A stretch of DNA of 64,000 nucleotides from Candidatus Latescibacterota bacterium (GTDB lineage: Bacteria; Latescibacterota; CBDEFO01). Location: assembly GCA_965248755.1 (NCBI GenBank), contig OZ252149.1:4252314-4316313 (forward strand), given 5' to 3'. The position numbers were made by a program, and so were the translations under genes. Positions 1 to 9,463 of this stretch are shown piece after piece; position 1 is the stretch's first letter, and each line of letters opens with the position of its first letter. The notes under the pieces were generated by a model, which was not told the DNA's origin, did not search any database, and was given only the letters and a program-made list of their open reading frames with translations.

Positions 1-18
1 CTAGATTAGAACCATCTA

Positions 19-255
19 TTACCTTGGCTGCACTCTTATCATTAGAACTTTCGGGACTGGTAAGACAGCTTTCGGGGAAGATGTTTTTAAGACAAGTATA
101 GAAAGGAGAGCATACGGGATGACTAAGACGCCGAGAAAATTGAGGATAAAAAAGAGAGCAAAGCAAAACGCCGCCGACAGGAGGGCTACAAGAAAGGCAA
201 GCAGAAAAAAGGTCAAAAGACAGTTGTGATTCCAAAGCCCTGCCGAAGTTGGCAA
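19..255 (-). CDS. small hydrophobic membrane protein (hypothetical)
   Basis: 78-aa ORF, strongly hydrophobic, same strand and just downstream of the thioredoxin-like gene; no recognisable motif. Confidence 0.25.
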   Translation of the reverse strand: MPTSAGLWNHNCLLTFFLLAFLVALLSAAFCFALFFILNFLGVLVIPYALLSILVLKTSSPKAVLPVPKVLMIRVQPR

Positions 256-276
256 CGCTCTCCTTTCTCTTCGGGC

Positions 277-810
277 TTATTTCCACTTTATAGTGCAGCC
301 AACAGCCTCCGTCTCAGTTACCGCAACTTCTGCTCCTGAAAGGACAGCGTCGATGGCGTTTCTGAGATCCGGGGATTTGATGCTGTCGGGGTCCTCCCAG
401 TTGTCGTCAATTCTGCCTTGATAGCGCAGTGTGCGTTGGGAATCGAACAGGAACATCTCAGGAGTCCTCTCAGCTCCGTAGGCGGAGGCGGCACTCTGAG
501 CTTCGTCTCTCAAATATGGAAAGTTGAAGCCCCTTTCCTCTGCCCGTATAACCATATTGTCGAAACCGTCTTCCGGGTGGTTCATATCCTCGTTGGGGTT
601 GATAGCTACAAGAGCCACACCATTGTCCTGGTAGTCTTTCTGTATGGCAATAATTCTCTCTTCGTATGCCTGCGCATAGGGACAGTGGTTGCAAGTGAAT
701 ACCACGATTAACACTTCTTTATCCTTGAAATCGTCCATACTGTGATTCACCCCGTCCACACCGGGAAGATCAAAAGGCGGTGCTTTGTCGCCTATCTTCA
801 GATCTGCCAT
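277..810 (-). CDS. thioredoxin-fold thiol:disulfide oxidoreductase (redoxin/AhpC-TSA-like)
   Basis: 177 aa; CxxC-type motif CNHCPY in the context VVFTCNHCPYAQ; typical redoxin length and layout. Confidence 0.8.
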   Translation of the reverse strand: MADLKIGDKAPPFDLPGVDGVNHSMDDFKDKEVLIVVFTCNHCPYAQAYEERIIAIQKDYQDNGVALVAINPNEDMNHPEDGFDNMVIRAEERGFNFPYLRDEAQSAASAYGAERTPEMFLFDSQRTLRYQGRIDDNWEDPDSIKSPDLRNAIDAVLSGAEVAVTETEAVGCTIKWK

Positions 811-892
811 GCTATTTTCCTTCCTTTATATGATTAAGCTCTGCTCGTGGCATCACTTAGGAAGAATCAGTATTAATGCTTCCGTTGCGATT

Positions 893-1756
893 TCATCTTA
901 GTAGAACCATCTTTCTTGTGGCGGTAAAGTCCCCCGCTTTCAAGATGTAGAAATAGACTCCGCTCGCCACGCTCCTGCCCTCTTCATCCAGACCGTTCCA
1001 CACTAAAGAATAGCTTCCTGCGTCTGCCTGACCCTCCATAAGCTTCCTTACTGCCTGTCCGTTGATGTTGTAAATGACAAGCTTTGCCCTTGAGTCTTCG
1101 GGCACATCGTAAGCTATGGTGGTCTCGGGGTTGAAGGGATTGGGATAGTTCTGGGAGAGAGAATAGACGGTCGGTATATCCTGTGTGTCTTTGAAGCCTG
1201 ACCGGGTCCGTCTGACGACGATCTGAACTGGATCCAGGGATTCTATCAGGTCAATGTCGTCTTTAGCGATCCCTTTAAGCTCTATTCTGGCGAGAGTGAA
1301 AGTGACCTCAGATCCTACGGGAAGTTCACCTGAAGGTATAAATGAGATTACCCCCAGAAGTCCCTCTCCAGAGGGAGCTGTCCTATGGTCGGGCTTCACA
1401 ATGGCGTTGGCTACGATGACCCTGTTCTCCCTTTGCGTCTTCAAAGAGATGGGTGTTGCACCTCCCCTGGAGGATAGTATGTTGCGCTTCCCTTCACAAG
1501 ATGCCAGCGTGGAAGGCTCGTTCCAGGAGAAAAGCTCGCTGTCATATAGGAGGTCTATGCGGTAAGCAGTCAGGTCAGATACGCCTTCTGCATAGACAGC
1601 CACATCTACAGTCTGCTGATTGGACTTATACAGATCGAGTCTCAGTGAGGCTGCGCTGTTTGTGCCTGCCATTGGCTCCGATATAGGCATCAGAGCGACA
1701 GTCAGAAGGATAGCTCCAATAACGATGACTCTGGATATCATGATTTCCTCCTCCAT
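893..1756 (-). CDS. secreted cohesin-like domain protein with T9SS type-A C-terminal sorting domain
   Basis: N-terminal hydrophobic signal segment; C-terminal about 80 aa (YPNPFNPETTIAYDV...GVYFYILKAGDFTATRKMVLLR) matches the Por/T9SS C-terminal sorting domain pattern; central region resembles cohesin beta-sandwich domains (weaker, by recall only). Confidence 0.6.
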   Translation of the reverse strand: MEEEIMISRVIVIGAILLTVALMPISEPMAGTNSAASLRLDLYKSNQQTVDVAVYAEGVSDLTAYRIDLLYDSELFSWNEPSTLASCEGKRNILSSRGGATPISLKTQRENRVIVANAIVKPDHRTAPSGEGLLGVISFIPSGELPVGSEVTFTLARIELKGIAKDDIDLIESLDPVQIVVRRTRSGFKDTQDIPTVYSLSQNYPNPFNPETTIAYDVPEDSRAKLVIYNINGQAVRKLMEGQADAGSYSLVWNGLDEEGRSVASGVYFYILKAGDFTATRKMVLLR

Positions 1757-1906
1757 TTAGGGTTGAATTGAGATTATGCTCGATCTTTGTGAGTATGTTT
1801 ACTGATTATGTTTACAGTTCTTATGCGTACAATATACAATATAATCGCTCAAAAGCCAAATCTTTTTTTTCATCAGAGAATATTTAGTCAATATACAACC
1901 GTAAAG

Positions 1907-2599
1907 CTATCCTGTTTTGCCGAAGTTATCCAGAAAAAGGACAAAGTCGGAAAGGCCTACCTCTTCATCATTATCCAAATCAAATGTAGAATCCCAATTG
2001 GTAGAACTGGACGTCGTCCCGAACACATCCAGAAAAAGGACAAAGTCGGAAAGACCTACTTCATTGTCGCCGTCGAAGTCTCCTACAAGTCGGATGGCAG
2101 CGCCGTCTGAGCTGAGGAACTGTATTTCATAAATGACAGCGCCACCGACAACCTGGAAGCTGATGTTATCAATGGCAAATTCCGGCGAACCAGGGATATC
2201 GTACCAACCGGTGACTCCAGCGGGTACAACCGCCTCATGTCCGTAGAGCGACGTCAGCCCACCTACACGAAAGCCCTCCTCAGTGAAGCCCCCTCCTAAA
2301 TAGCCGAATACTCTGTATTGGTACATCTCTCCGAGATAGACCCGGATAGTCTGAAGCCGTACAGTGTCAGGCCACGATACAGCCAACAAACCGATCCAAT
2401 CCCATACAAAAGCGGGAGCGTCCGGGTCAATATCGGGCGTGCGCCCATCGGTGAGTGAGGCTACATCGCCTGTCCAGGTGTTGTGCGTGGTGGCCATGGT
2501 AATTGCATCGGGGGTGATGTCTTTGGCAGAAAAGCTTCCTATGGTCGCGAGGATGATAGGAACTCCCACGATCACTAATATAAGGATAATCTTATACAA
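1907..2599 (-). CDS. exported protein with C-terminal dockerin-like double repeat
   Basis: N-terminal hydrophobic segment MYKIILILVIVGVPIILATIG; C-terminus has two Ca-binding-loop-like repeats DFDGDNEVGLSDFVLFLDVFG ... DLDNDEEVGLSDFVLFLDNFG. Confidence 0.6.
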   Translation of the reverse strand: MYKIILILVIVGVPIILATIGSFSAKDITPDAITMATTHNTWTGDVASLTDGRTPDIDPDAPAFVWDWIGLLAVSWPDTVRLQTIRVYLGEMYQYRVFGYLGGGFTEEGFRVGGLTSLYGHEAVVPAGVTGWYDIPGSPEFAIDNISFQVVGGAVIYEIQFLSSDGAAIRLVGDFDGDNEVGLSDFVLFLDVFGTTSSSTNWDSTFDLDNDEEVGLSDFVLFLDNFGKTG

Positions 2600-2684
2600 G
2601 GAGTTCTTATCCTATTCCCACTGACAGATTTGAGGAGGACTTTCCTGGTGCACTCAAAGAGAAAACCCTGAAGGTGAGAAAAGC

Positions 2685-3809
2685 TTATGCCTTCCACTCT
2701 TCAAGCCATTTATACTTCTCCGGCAAGTAGTCTCCCTGGCTCTCGTCGGCTGCTTGAGCATAGATCTGCAAAAGTCGGATGTCCATCTCAGATAAGCCAT
2801 CGCCCTGCGTCGCTCCTACGTTCTCTACAACTTCATCTATAGAATTCATCGCCGGGATCGTGCTGGCAATCTCCTTGGCTTCCAGGATAAACCTCAATGC
2901 CGCCTGAGGGAGACTTGACTCGATGCCCTCTAGCTCCGCTAGAAGAGGATCTGAGGGCTCCAGGTTAAGCAAAGCTCCTCCGGCAAATGGCTTGATCCCT
3001 ATGAGCCCCAGGCCGGCTTCGCTGATCCGGGTGGCAAAGTCGGGCTCGTCACAAGGCTCGAAGAAGCAGTCGACAGTTTGCTGAGCGGCTTTCGGCGCTC
3101 GGTCAGCAGTCACTCCCGCCTTGATCTGTCCCCAGGAAGAGGCCTGAGCTGAGGTGACAGGAGATAATCTCCGATGCCGGAAGTTATACGGTAGGAACAG
3201 GTAGTCCAATTCCGGATTGTCGCTAAGTAGCTCCAGCAATCTTTTCTGATCGTGATTCGTTACCCCAATGGCCCTTATCTTGCCCTGCTCCTTGGCCTGC
3301 TGCAAAATTTTGAAACGCCCGGTCTCGCCGCGCGCGTCGCGATAGAGATCGATGTAATCGGTATTGAAGGTCTTCAAGGCAAATTCGATCTCCCCCATGA
3401 GGTCGCTCTCCACGGCGACTAGAGATATTACGACATCTTGGCGCACCGGTCCCAACACCTCGCTCATCAGATCAAACTGATGATAATTGTGCTCATAGAT
3501 GTCGAAGAGGTTTATGCCTAACTCTAAGCCTTTTCTGATTACCGCTGCTCTCGCCTGGGGATCACCCCTTTTGTCTTGATTGAGATGAGATCCAAAGCCC
3601 ATCTCTGAGACGCGGATTCCTGTTTTACCCAGTGTTCTATATTTCATGTCCCCTGAAGCAGTCGTAGAGCCGGAACTTGCAACAGCAGGGGTTAACAATG
3701 CTCCAGCCCCTAAAGCAGCAGCACTCATCTTATGGATAAATTCTCGACGGGTGAGTTCTGTGGCCTTCGTTGACTGCAATCTATGATTAGAAGATCGAAT
3801 AGACTTCAT
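2685..3809 (-). CDS. aldo/keto reductase with twin-arginine (Tat) signal peptide
   Basis: 374 aa; N-terminus TRREFIHKMSAAALGAGALL fits a Tat signal; body has aldo/keto reductase character (GINLFDIYEHNYHQ etc.). Confidence 0.75.
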   Translation of the reverse strand: MKSIRSSNHRLQSTKATELTRREFIHKMSAAALGAGALLTPAVASSGSTTASGDMKYRTLGKTGIRVSEMGFGSHLNQDKRGDPQARAAVIRKGLELGINLFDIYEHNYHQFDLMSEVLGPVRQDVVISLVAVESDLMGEIEFALKTFNTDYIDLYRDARGETGRFKILQQAKEQGKIRAIGVTNHDQKRLLELLSDNPELDYLFLPYNFRHRRLSPVTSAQASSWGQIKAGVTADRAPKAAQQTVDCFFEPCDEPDFATRISEAGLGLIGIKPFAGGALLNLEPSDPLLAELEGIESSLPQAALRFILEAKEIASTIPAMNSIDEVVENVGATQGDGLSEMDIRLLQIYAQAADESQGDYLPEKYKWLEEWKA

Positions 3810-4021
3810 ATCAGTACCCTTTCATTTGGGTTTATGTGATGACGGAACTAATGGACTTTAAGATACGAACAAGCAGGTCAAAGTCAATTCCTTTTTCACG
3901 GCGAATGACGACCATTATCGAGCGAACTGCGATTATTTGTATAACTTCATAATGCAAAGGATACTATCTGATTAAGATCAATTTCCTTGTCTGTACGGAT
4001 CCATCTGCTTTCGATCCATAC

Positions 4022-4915
4022 TTAGTTGGAGAAAGTTGACTTCATGCGGCCCCAGGTGTCAGCTTCGACCGATGTTGCAGGTACCCAGATGCTGGAATCA
4101 AAGGGGGCCAGGAGATAGTCGACGCAGTTGTCGGCATGATTGTCCAATCTTGTGGCCCCGCTGTTCGTCCAGAAGCCGTTGTAGCCCCCAACTTCGAGAT
4201 CGTCATCGTCCATAACAGCAAAGCCTATTCCGATGATGGCCCCCTCTTCATAGGTATGTATTATGCTATCATCTACACTATTAAAATCTATATCGTCAAA
4301 TCCCATGAAGTATGTCTCCACATTCAGCGTGCCCGGTCCACCAATTACACCAGCAAAGGTCCAGGTAAGGTCGGCATAAGGAGGCAATCCTGCCCATGCG
4401 GCCGCTCCCCAAAACCAGATGGGATTCTCTCTGTTCAGAAAATAGTGATAGTTTTGCGCCTGAGCTGAGTTGTACCTGTCGGGATCCAGATCGAGATCTT
4501 GCATGACCTGGTACTGTCCTCCGCTGTGGTCAGCATCGATGACCCACTCGATCATCTCCCGAATGTCCACCCCTGCGAAGGAAAGAGAGACATCGTCGTA
4601 CCTATCTTCCATTGTATATATCAGGTTAGTCACCGGACTCCATCCTACGATTATCCGTTCGGCAAGGTTAGAGGAGTCCGGATCCCCCAGGCCTCTGACA
4701 GTCTCTATCAGATCGTCATGCGTCACCCAGAACTCTGAGGGAACGTTAGCCCACTCGCTTAGATCGCTGTCTACTTCAATGTTCTGGAACTCATCGGTGC
4801 CAATCGGCACCTGGACAGCAACGAAGTTCCTATCCGACCTCAAATGAGCAGAACCCGTACTTATAGCAAAAAGAACAAATCCCAGGGCTGTAAATATCGC
4901 AAATATTGTCTTCAT
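4022..4915 (-). CDS. secreted hypothetical protein
   Basis: 297 aa; N-terminal signal peptide MKTIFAIFTALGFVLFAISTGSA; acidic, Trp-rich; function not recognisable. Confidence 0.5.
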   Translation of the reverse strand: MKTIFAIFTALGFVLFAISTGSAHLRSDRNFVAVQVPIGTDEFQNIEVDSDLSEWANVPSEFWVTHDDLIETVRGLGDPDSSNLAERIIVGWSPVTNLIYTMEDRYDDVSLSFAGVDIREMIEWVIDADHSGGQYQVMQDLDLDPDRYNSAQAQNYHYFLNRENPIWFWGAAAWAGLPPYADLTWTFAGVIGGPGTLNVETYFMGFDDIDFNSVDDSIIHTYEEGAIIGIGFAVMDDDDLEVGGYNGFWTNSGATRLDNHADNCVDYLLAPFDSSIWVPATSVEADTWGRMKSTFSN

Positions 4916-4953
4916 GGCGCTATCCTTTCATTGTGAATAATTAGACTCCGAAA

Positions 4954-7900
4954 TTATTGTGTCCTTCCGAAGTTATCCAGAAAAAGGACAAAGTCAGAAA
5001 GACCGATCTCTCCATTGCCGTCTAAATCAAATATAGAATTGGCTGAAGTGGTCGTTGTCCCGAACGCATCTAGAAACAGGACAAAGTCGGCAAGGCCTAC
5101 TTCATTGTTCCCATCGAAATCTGCTGCAAGGTCTGGGGGAACAGCAGATATATCAGAGAGATTCAACAACACTGATACATTATCGCTGTTCCAATTAGCC
5201 ACAGCCAGGTCATTTGTCTCATCGCCATCTAAATCTGAAATAAATACGGAATGGGGACCGTCTCCAGCATCAAAGTCCAGCTTATCTTCGAATGTCCCAT
5301 CTCCTTTATTCAAGAATACTGACACATTATCGCTGAAAGAATTAGCGACAACCATGTCATTATCCTCATCACCATCTAAATCCGCGATGAAAACTGAGCG
5401 GGGAAAACTTCCGGCGTCGTAGTCTATCTTAGGTGCAAATGTCCCATCGCCATGGTTCAACAACACAGATGCGTTGTCGTTGAAAAAATTTGCCACAGCT
5501 ATGTCATTATCTCCATCAGCATCTACATCCGAAACGAAAACGGATATGGGACCATTCCCAGTGGGATAGTCCACCTTGTCTGCAAATGTCTCATCTCCAT
5601 TATTCATCAGCACTGATACGTTGTGGCTGGACGTATTAGCTACAGTCAGATCATTATCTCCATCCCCATCGAGATCCGAAGCGAAAATCGAATGAGGACC
5701 AGCGCCAGCGGCGTAGTCGCTCCTATCTGGAAATATTCCATCTCCTTTATTCAGCAACACTGACACACTATTGCTGAGCTGATTTGCCACAGCTAAATCA
5801 TTATCTCCATCGCTATCTATATCCGAACTATAAACCGATATAGGACCATCACCGGCAGCATAATCTATCTTAGGCGCAAATGTGCCATCGCCATTATTCA
5901 ACAGTATTGATACATTGTCGCTGCTGAAATTAGCTACAGCTAAATCGTTATCCCCATCGCCATCTAAATCACCAATGAATACTGATTGAGGAACATCTCC
6001 AGCGGGATAGTCTATCTTGGGCGCAAACTTCCCGTCTCCATCATTAAGTAGCACAGAAACAATATCATTGCTCAGATTAGCTACAGCTAAATCGTTATCC
6101 CCATCGCCATCTAAATCTCCACTGAATACTGATTCCGGTTTTTCCCCGGTGGCGTAGTCAGTCGGAAGTCCGAAAAAGACAAAAGCAAACGCAAATCCAT
6201 TCTCAAGTGTGTCTGCCTTACCGTCAGCATTTGCAACTATCACATCGACAGTACCGACAGGGTGTGCGGGAGGCAGAGCGGTAATTCTATTGCTGGCCAC
6301 TACGACTACATCTATGGCTGCCATATCCCCGAAAGTGACAGTCGCTCCGATCCCGAAATTACTCCCCGTAATCGTCACAAGCGTACCGCCCGATTCTGAG
6401 CCGACACCGGGCCTGATAGATGTCACAACAAGAGGGGGAGGAACAATAAACTCAAAGGCGTTAAAGAGCGTGTCTGTCTGACCGTCTGGATATGTGAGTA
6501 TCACATCCACAGTACCAACAGGATGACCGGGAGTCAGAGCGGTAATTCTATTGCTGGCCACTACGACTACATCTGTGGCTGCCATATCCCCGAAAGTTAC
6601 AGTCGCTCCGATCCGGAAATTACTCCCTGTTATCGTCACGGACGTACCGCCCAATTCTAGGCCGGAAGTGGGACTGATAGATGTTACAACAGGAGGAGGA
6701 GGAACAATAAACTCAAATCCGTTAAAGAGTGTGTCTGTCTGACCGTCGGGATTTGTTACTATCACATCGACAGTACCGAGAGGATGAGCAGGAGTCACAG
6801 CCCTAATAGCAAGGGAGGATAGTACGGCTACGTCTATGCCTGCCATATCCCCGAAAGTAACGGTCGATCCGATCCGGAAAGTACTCCCTGTAATCGTCAC
6901 AGGCGTACCGCCCGATTCTGAGCCGACACCGGGCCTGATAGATGTCACAACAAGAGGTCCAGTAAGGACAAACTCAAAGCCACTAAAGAGCGTATCTGCC
7001 TGACCGTCGGGATTTGTTACTATCACATCCACAATACCGAGAGGATGAGCAGGAGTCTTGGCAGTAATAATACCCAGAAGTCCTACAGCTACATTTGTGG
7101 CTGCCATATCGCCGAAAGTAAGAGTCGCTCCACTCTGGAAATTGCTCCCCGTTATCGTCACAGGCATACCGCCCAATTCCGTGCCAGAGGTAGGACTAAT
7201 AGATGTCACAACTGGAGAAAGCGGCACATTAGACCGATTCAACAACACTGATACACCGTTGAGATGAGCCGTAACCAGGTCATTATCTCCATCCCCATCT
7301 AAATCTGCAATGAAGACTGATATGGAACCATCCCCAGCGGTGTAGTCCACCTTAGGTGCGAATGTACCATCTCCATTATTCAACAACACTGACACATTAG
7401 CGCTTTCCAAATTAGCCACAGCAAGGTCATTATCCCTATCACCATCTAAATCTGCAATGAAGACTGATATGGAACGATCCCCAGCGATGTAGTCCACCTT
7501 AGGTGCAAATGTACCATCTCCATTGTTCAATAGCACTGACACAATACCGGGCCTGCTACTAAAGCCTCTCGCATTAGCCACAGCAAGGTCATTATCTCCA
7601 TCTCCATCTAAATCCGCACTGAATACTGACCTGGGATCTTCCGTTGCGTGATAGTCCACCTTAGGTGCAAATGTACCATCCCCATTATTCATCAACACTG
7701 ATACAGTATTGCCGGGACGTCCACTAGCCACAGTCAAGTCATTATCTCCATCCCCATCTAAATCTGCACTGAAGACTGAATTGGAACCAGACTCAGTGGT
7801 ATAGTCCACTTTGTCTGCAAATGTCCCGTCTCCATTATTGAACAGTACTGATACAGTACCCACCACATTAGCCACAGCCAGATCATTATCCCCATCCCCA

Positions 7901-8634
7901 TCTAAATCAACACTGAAAACTGATTGGGGACTATCCCCAGCGGGATAGTCTACCCTAGGTGCAAATGTTCCATTTCCATTATTCATCAACACTGATATAC
8001 TACCGATGTCAACAAATGAAAATAAAGCAGAATTAGCCACAGCCAGGTCATTATCCCCATCTCCATCTAAATCTGCACTGAATACTGAATTGGGAACACG
8101 CCCAGTGGGATAGTCCACTTTAGGTGCAAATGTACCATCTCCATTATTCATCAAGACTGATACAGTGCTGTCGGGGGTGGGGGTGAAACCCCCGAAACCC
8201 CCATTGGCCACAGCCAGGTCATTATCTCCATCTCCATCTAAATCCACGCTGAATACTGACGAGGGTTTATGCCCAGCGGGATAGCTTGTCGGAAGTCCGA
8301 AAAGGGTAAAAAGAAACTCAAATCCATTCTTAAGTGTGTCTGCCTGACCGTCGGGATTTGTGACTATCACGTCCACAGTGTCAGCAGGATGAGCGGGACT
8401 CACAGCTCCAATAGCGAAGGAGAATTTACGGTTTACATCTGTGGCCGCACGATCTCCGAAAGTGACAGTCACTCCGCTTTGGAAATTGCTCCCTCTTATG
8501 CCCACAGCCGTGCGCACGAATTCCGGTCCGGAACTGGGAGTAATAGATGTAACGACAGGAGGTTCCTGTGCATAGGCAGTCGCATTCAAAGCGTACAGCA
8601 GTGCCAGCGCAGTGTAGAGTATGGTTAATTTCAT
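4954..8634 (-). CDS. giant secreted surface protein: FG-GAP/VCBS repeats + four IPT/TIG domains + C-terminal dockerin-like module
   Basis: 1226 aa; signal peptide MKLTILYTALALLYALNATAYA; more than 15 repeats of the type SVFSADLDGDGDNDLAVAN...SVLLNNGDGTFAPKVDY; four modules VVTSISPTSG...TITGSNF...TFGD...VTNPDGQ (IPT/TIG-like); dockerin-like tail DFDGNNEVGLADFVLFLDAFG...DLDGNGEIGLSDFVLFLDNFG. Confidence 0.85.
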   Translation of the reverse strand: MKLTILYTALALLYALNATAYAQEPPVVTSITPSSGPEFVRTAVGIRGSNFQSGVTVTFGDRAATDVNRKFSFAIGAVSPAHPADTVDVIVTNPDGQADTLKNGFEFLFTLFGLPTSYPAGHKPSSVFSVDLDGDGDNDLAVANGGFGGFTPTPDSTVSVLMNNGDGTFAPKVDYPTGRVPNSVFSADLDGDGDNDLAVANSALFSFVDIGSISVLMNNGNGTFAPRVDYPAGDSPQSVFSVDLDGDGDNDLAVANVVGTVSVLFNNGDGTFADKVDYTTESGSNSVFSADLDGDGDNDLTVASGRPGNTVSVLMNNGDGTFAPKVDYHATEDPRSVFSADLDGDGDNDLAVANARGFSSRPGIVSVLLNNGDGTFAPKVDYIAGDRSISVFIADLDGDRDNDLAVANLESANVSVLLNNGDGTFAPKVDYTAGDGSISVFIADLDGDGDNDLVTAHLNGVSVLLNRSNVPLSPVVTSISPTSGTELGGMPVTITGSNFQSGATLTFGDMAATNVAVGLLGIITAKTPAHPLGIVDVIVTNPDGQADTLFSGFEFVLTGPLVVTSIRPGVGSESGGTPVTITGSTFRIGSTVTFGDMAGIDVAVLSSLAIRAVTPAHPLGTVDVIVTNPDGQTDTLFNGFEFIVPPPPVVTSISPTSGLELGGTSVTITGSNFRIGATVTFGDMAATDVVVVASNRITALTPGHPVGTVDVILTYPDGQTDTLFNAFEFIVPPPLVVTSIRPGVGSESGGTLVTITGSNFGIGATVTFGDMAAIDVVVVASNRITALPPAHPVGTVDVIVANADGKADTLENGFAFAFVFFGLPTDYATGEKPESVFSGDLDGDGDNDLAVANLSNDIVSVLLNDGDGKFAPKIDYPAGDVPQSVFIGDLDGDGDNDLAVANFSSDNVSILLNNGDGTFAPKIDYAAGDGPISVYSSDIDSDGDNDLAVANQLSNSVSVLLNKGDGIFPDRSDYAAGAGPHSIFASDLDGDGDNDLTVANTSSHNVSVLMNNGDETFADKVDYPTGNGPISVFVSDVDADGDNDIAVANFFNDNASVLLNHGDGTFAPKIDYDAGSFPRSVFIADLDGDEDNDMVVANSFSDNVSVFLNKGDGTFEDKLDFDAGDGPHSVFISDLDGDETNDLAVANWNSDNVSVLLNLSDISAVPPDLAADFDGNNEVGLADFVLFLDAFGTTTTSANSIFDLDGNGEIGLSDFVLFLDNFGRTQ

Positions 8635-8688
8635 TTTAGATCCCCCCTCAATTTTTGGTCGATCCGGTATAACTGCTCAGAAGCGGCT

Positions 8689-8880
8689 TCATAGAAAAGA
8701 AATTATAATATATGTAAGCAACGCTAACACCAAAAATCCGATCACGATTCTTATGACGAACGCTCCGATTTTCATCGCTATCCACAGAAGGACAAGGACT
8801 GCTATCGCGGCTATTATGATTTCTACTTGCGTGAGTTCGCCTGTGGAGAATCTTTCGACTATCGTATCGAGAAGCCCCAC
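8689..8880 (-). CDS. small two-helix membrane protein (hypothetical)
   Basis: 63 aa; GTG start preceded by AAGGAGGA about 8 nt upstream; two hydrophobic helices. Confidence 0.4.
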   Translation of the reverse strand: MGLLDTIVERFSTGELTQVEIIIAAIAVLVLLWIAMKIGAFVIRIVIGFLVLALLTYIIISFL

Positions 8881-9463
8881 TTTGAAGGATCCTCCTTACT
8901 TTCTTATTGACTTTATCCCAAGGTATATCTATATTACTCCTTCGTTTCGGCAGAATATAATCAAGTTTCTTTTCAAAGTCAAGCGGATTTAGTCAACGCA
9001 AAACAGTCGGGGAATTTTGATAAATGAAGCATCATCAACAGCAAACAACGTTAAGCTCCTCATCGCAGACGTGGATGAAGTCCCGACCCCACGCAGCAAA
9101 GACGATACATTGTTGGTACTAAGGGCATGTAGGCCATGTACAGAAGAAATTCAACTCCAAGGACGGAAGTGGGATTTTATTTCTGAGAGAACTCGCAAAG
9201 CTCGAGGCTATGCTTTTCTCCCAGGATGGCACGCAAGTTATCTCAAAAAAAGCAGAATGGCTAAATATACGAGGGCTTCATCAGGGAGTGGAGCACAAAG
9301 TCTCGTATGAAGAAGGTCGGATTCTCGGTCGCAGTCCATGACGTTGTTACAGCCGTAAGACAGATCGTCCGCTATGTGACCTCGCGCTCGTGTAGCAGAT
9401 GGAGCCTTCTGCGAGGTCTGTGAGATAATACTCAAAGCCAGAGGCGTAGGCCTAACGTGAGCA

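Noticed and set aside
418-711. ORFs overlapping the thioredoxin-like gene on both strands
   Set aside because: Overlap a well-supported CDS in other frames; no motifs.
5015-5422. Plus-strand ORFs inside the giant gene (5015..5422, 6209..6481, 6551..6742, 7058..7267) and similar ones inside the second FG-GAP gene
   Set aside because: Antisense to a strongly supported repeat-rich coding sequence; Ser/Pro-rich low-complexity translations typical of reverse-strand artefacts.
9017-9110. tmRNA-like tag reading frame (ANNVKLL...)
   Set aside because: No tRNA-like 3' end (no GGTTCGANTCC T-arm or CCA) and no ALAA-stop tag end; treated as non-coding or spurious ORF.
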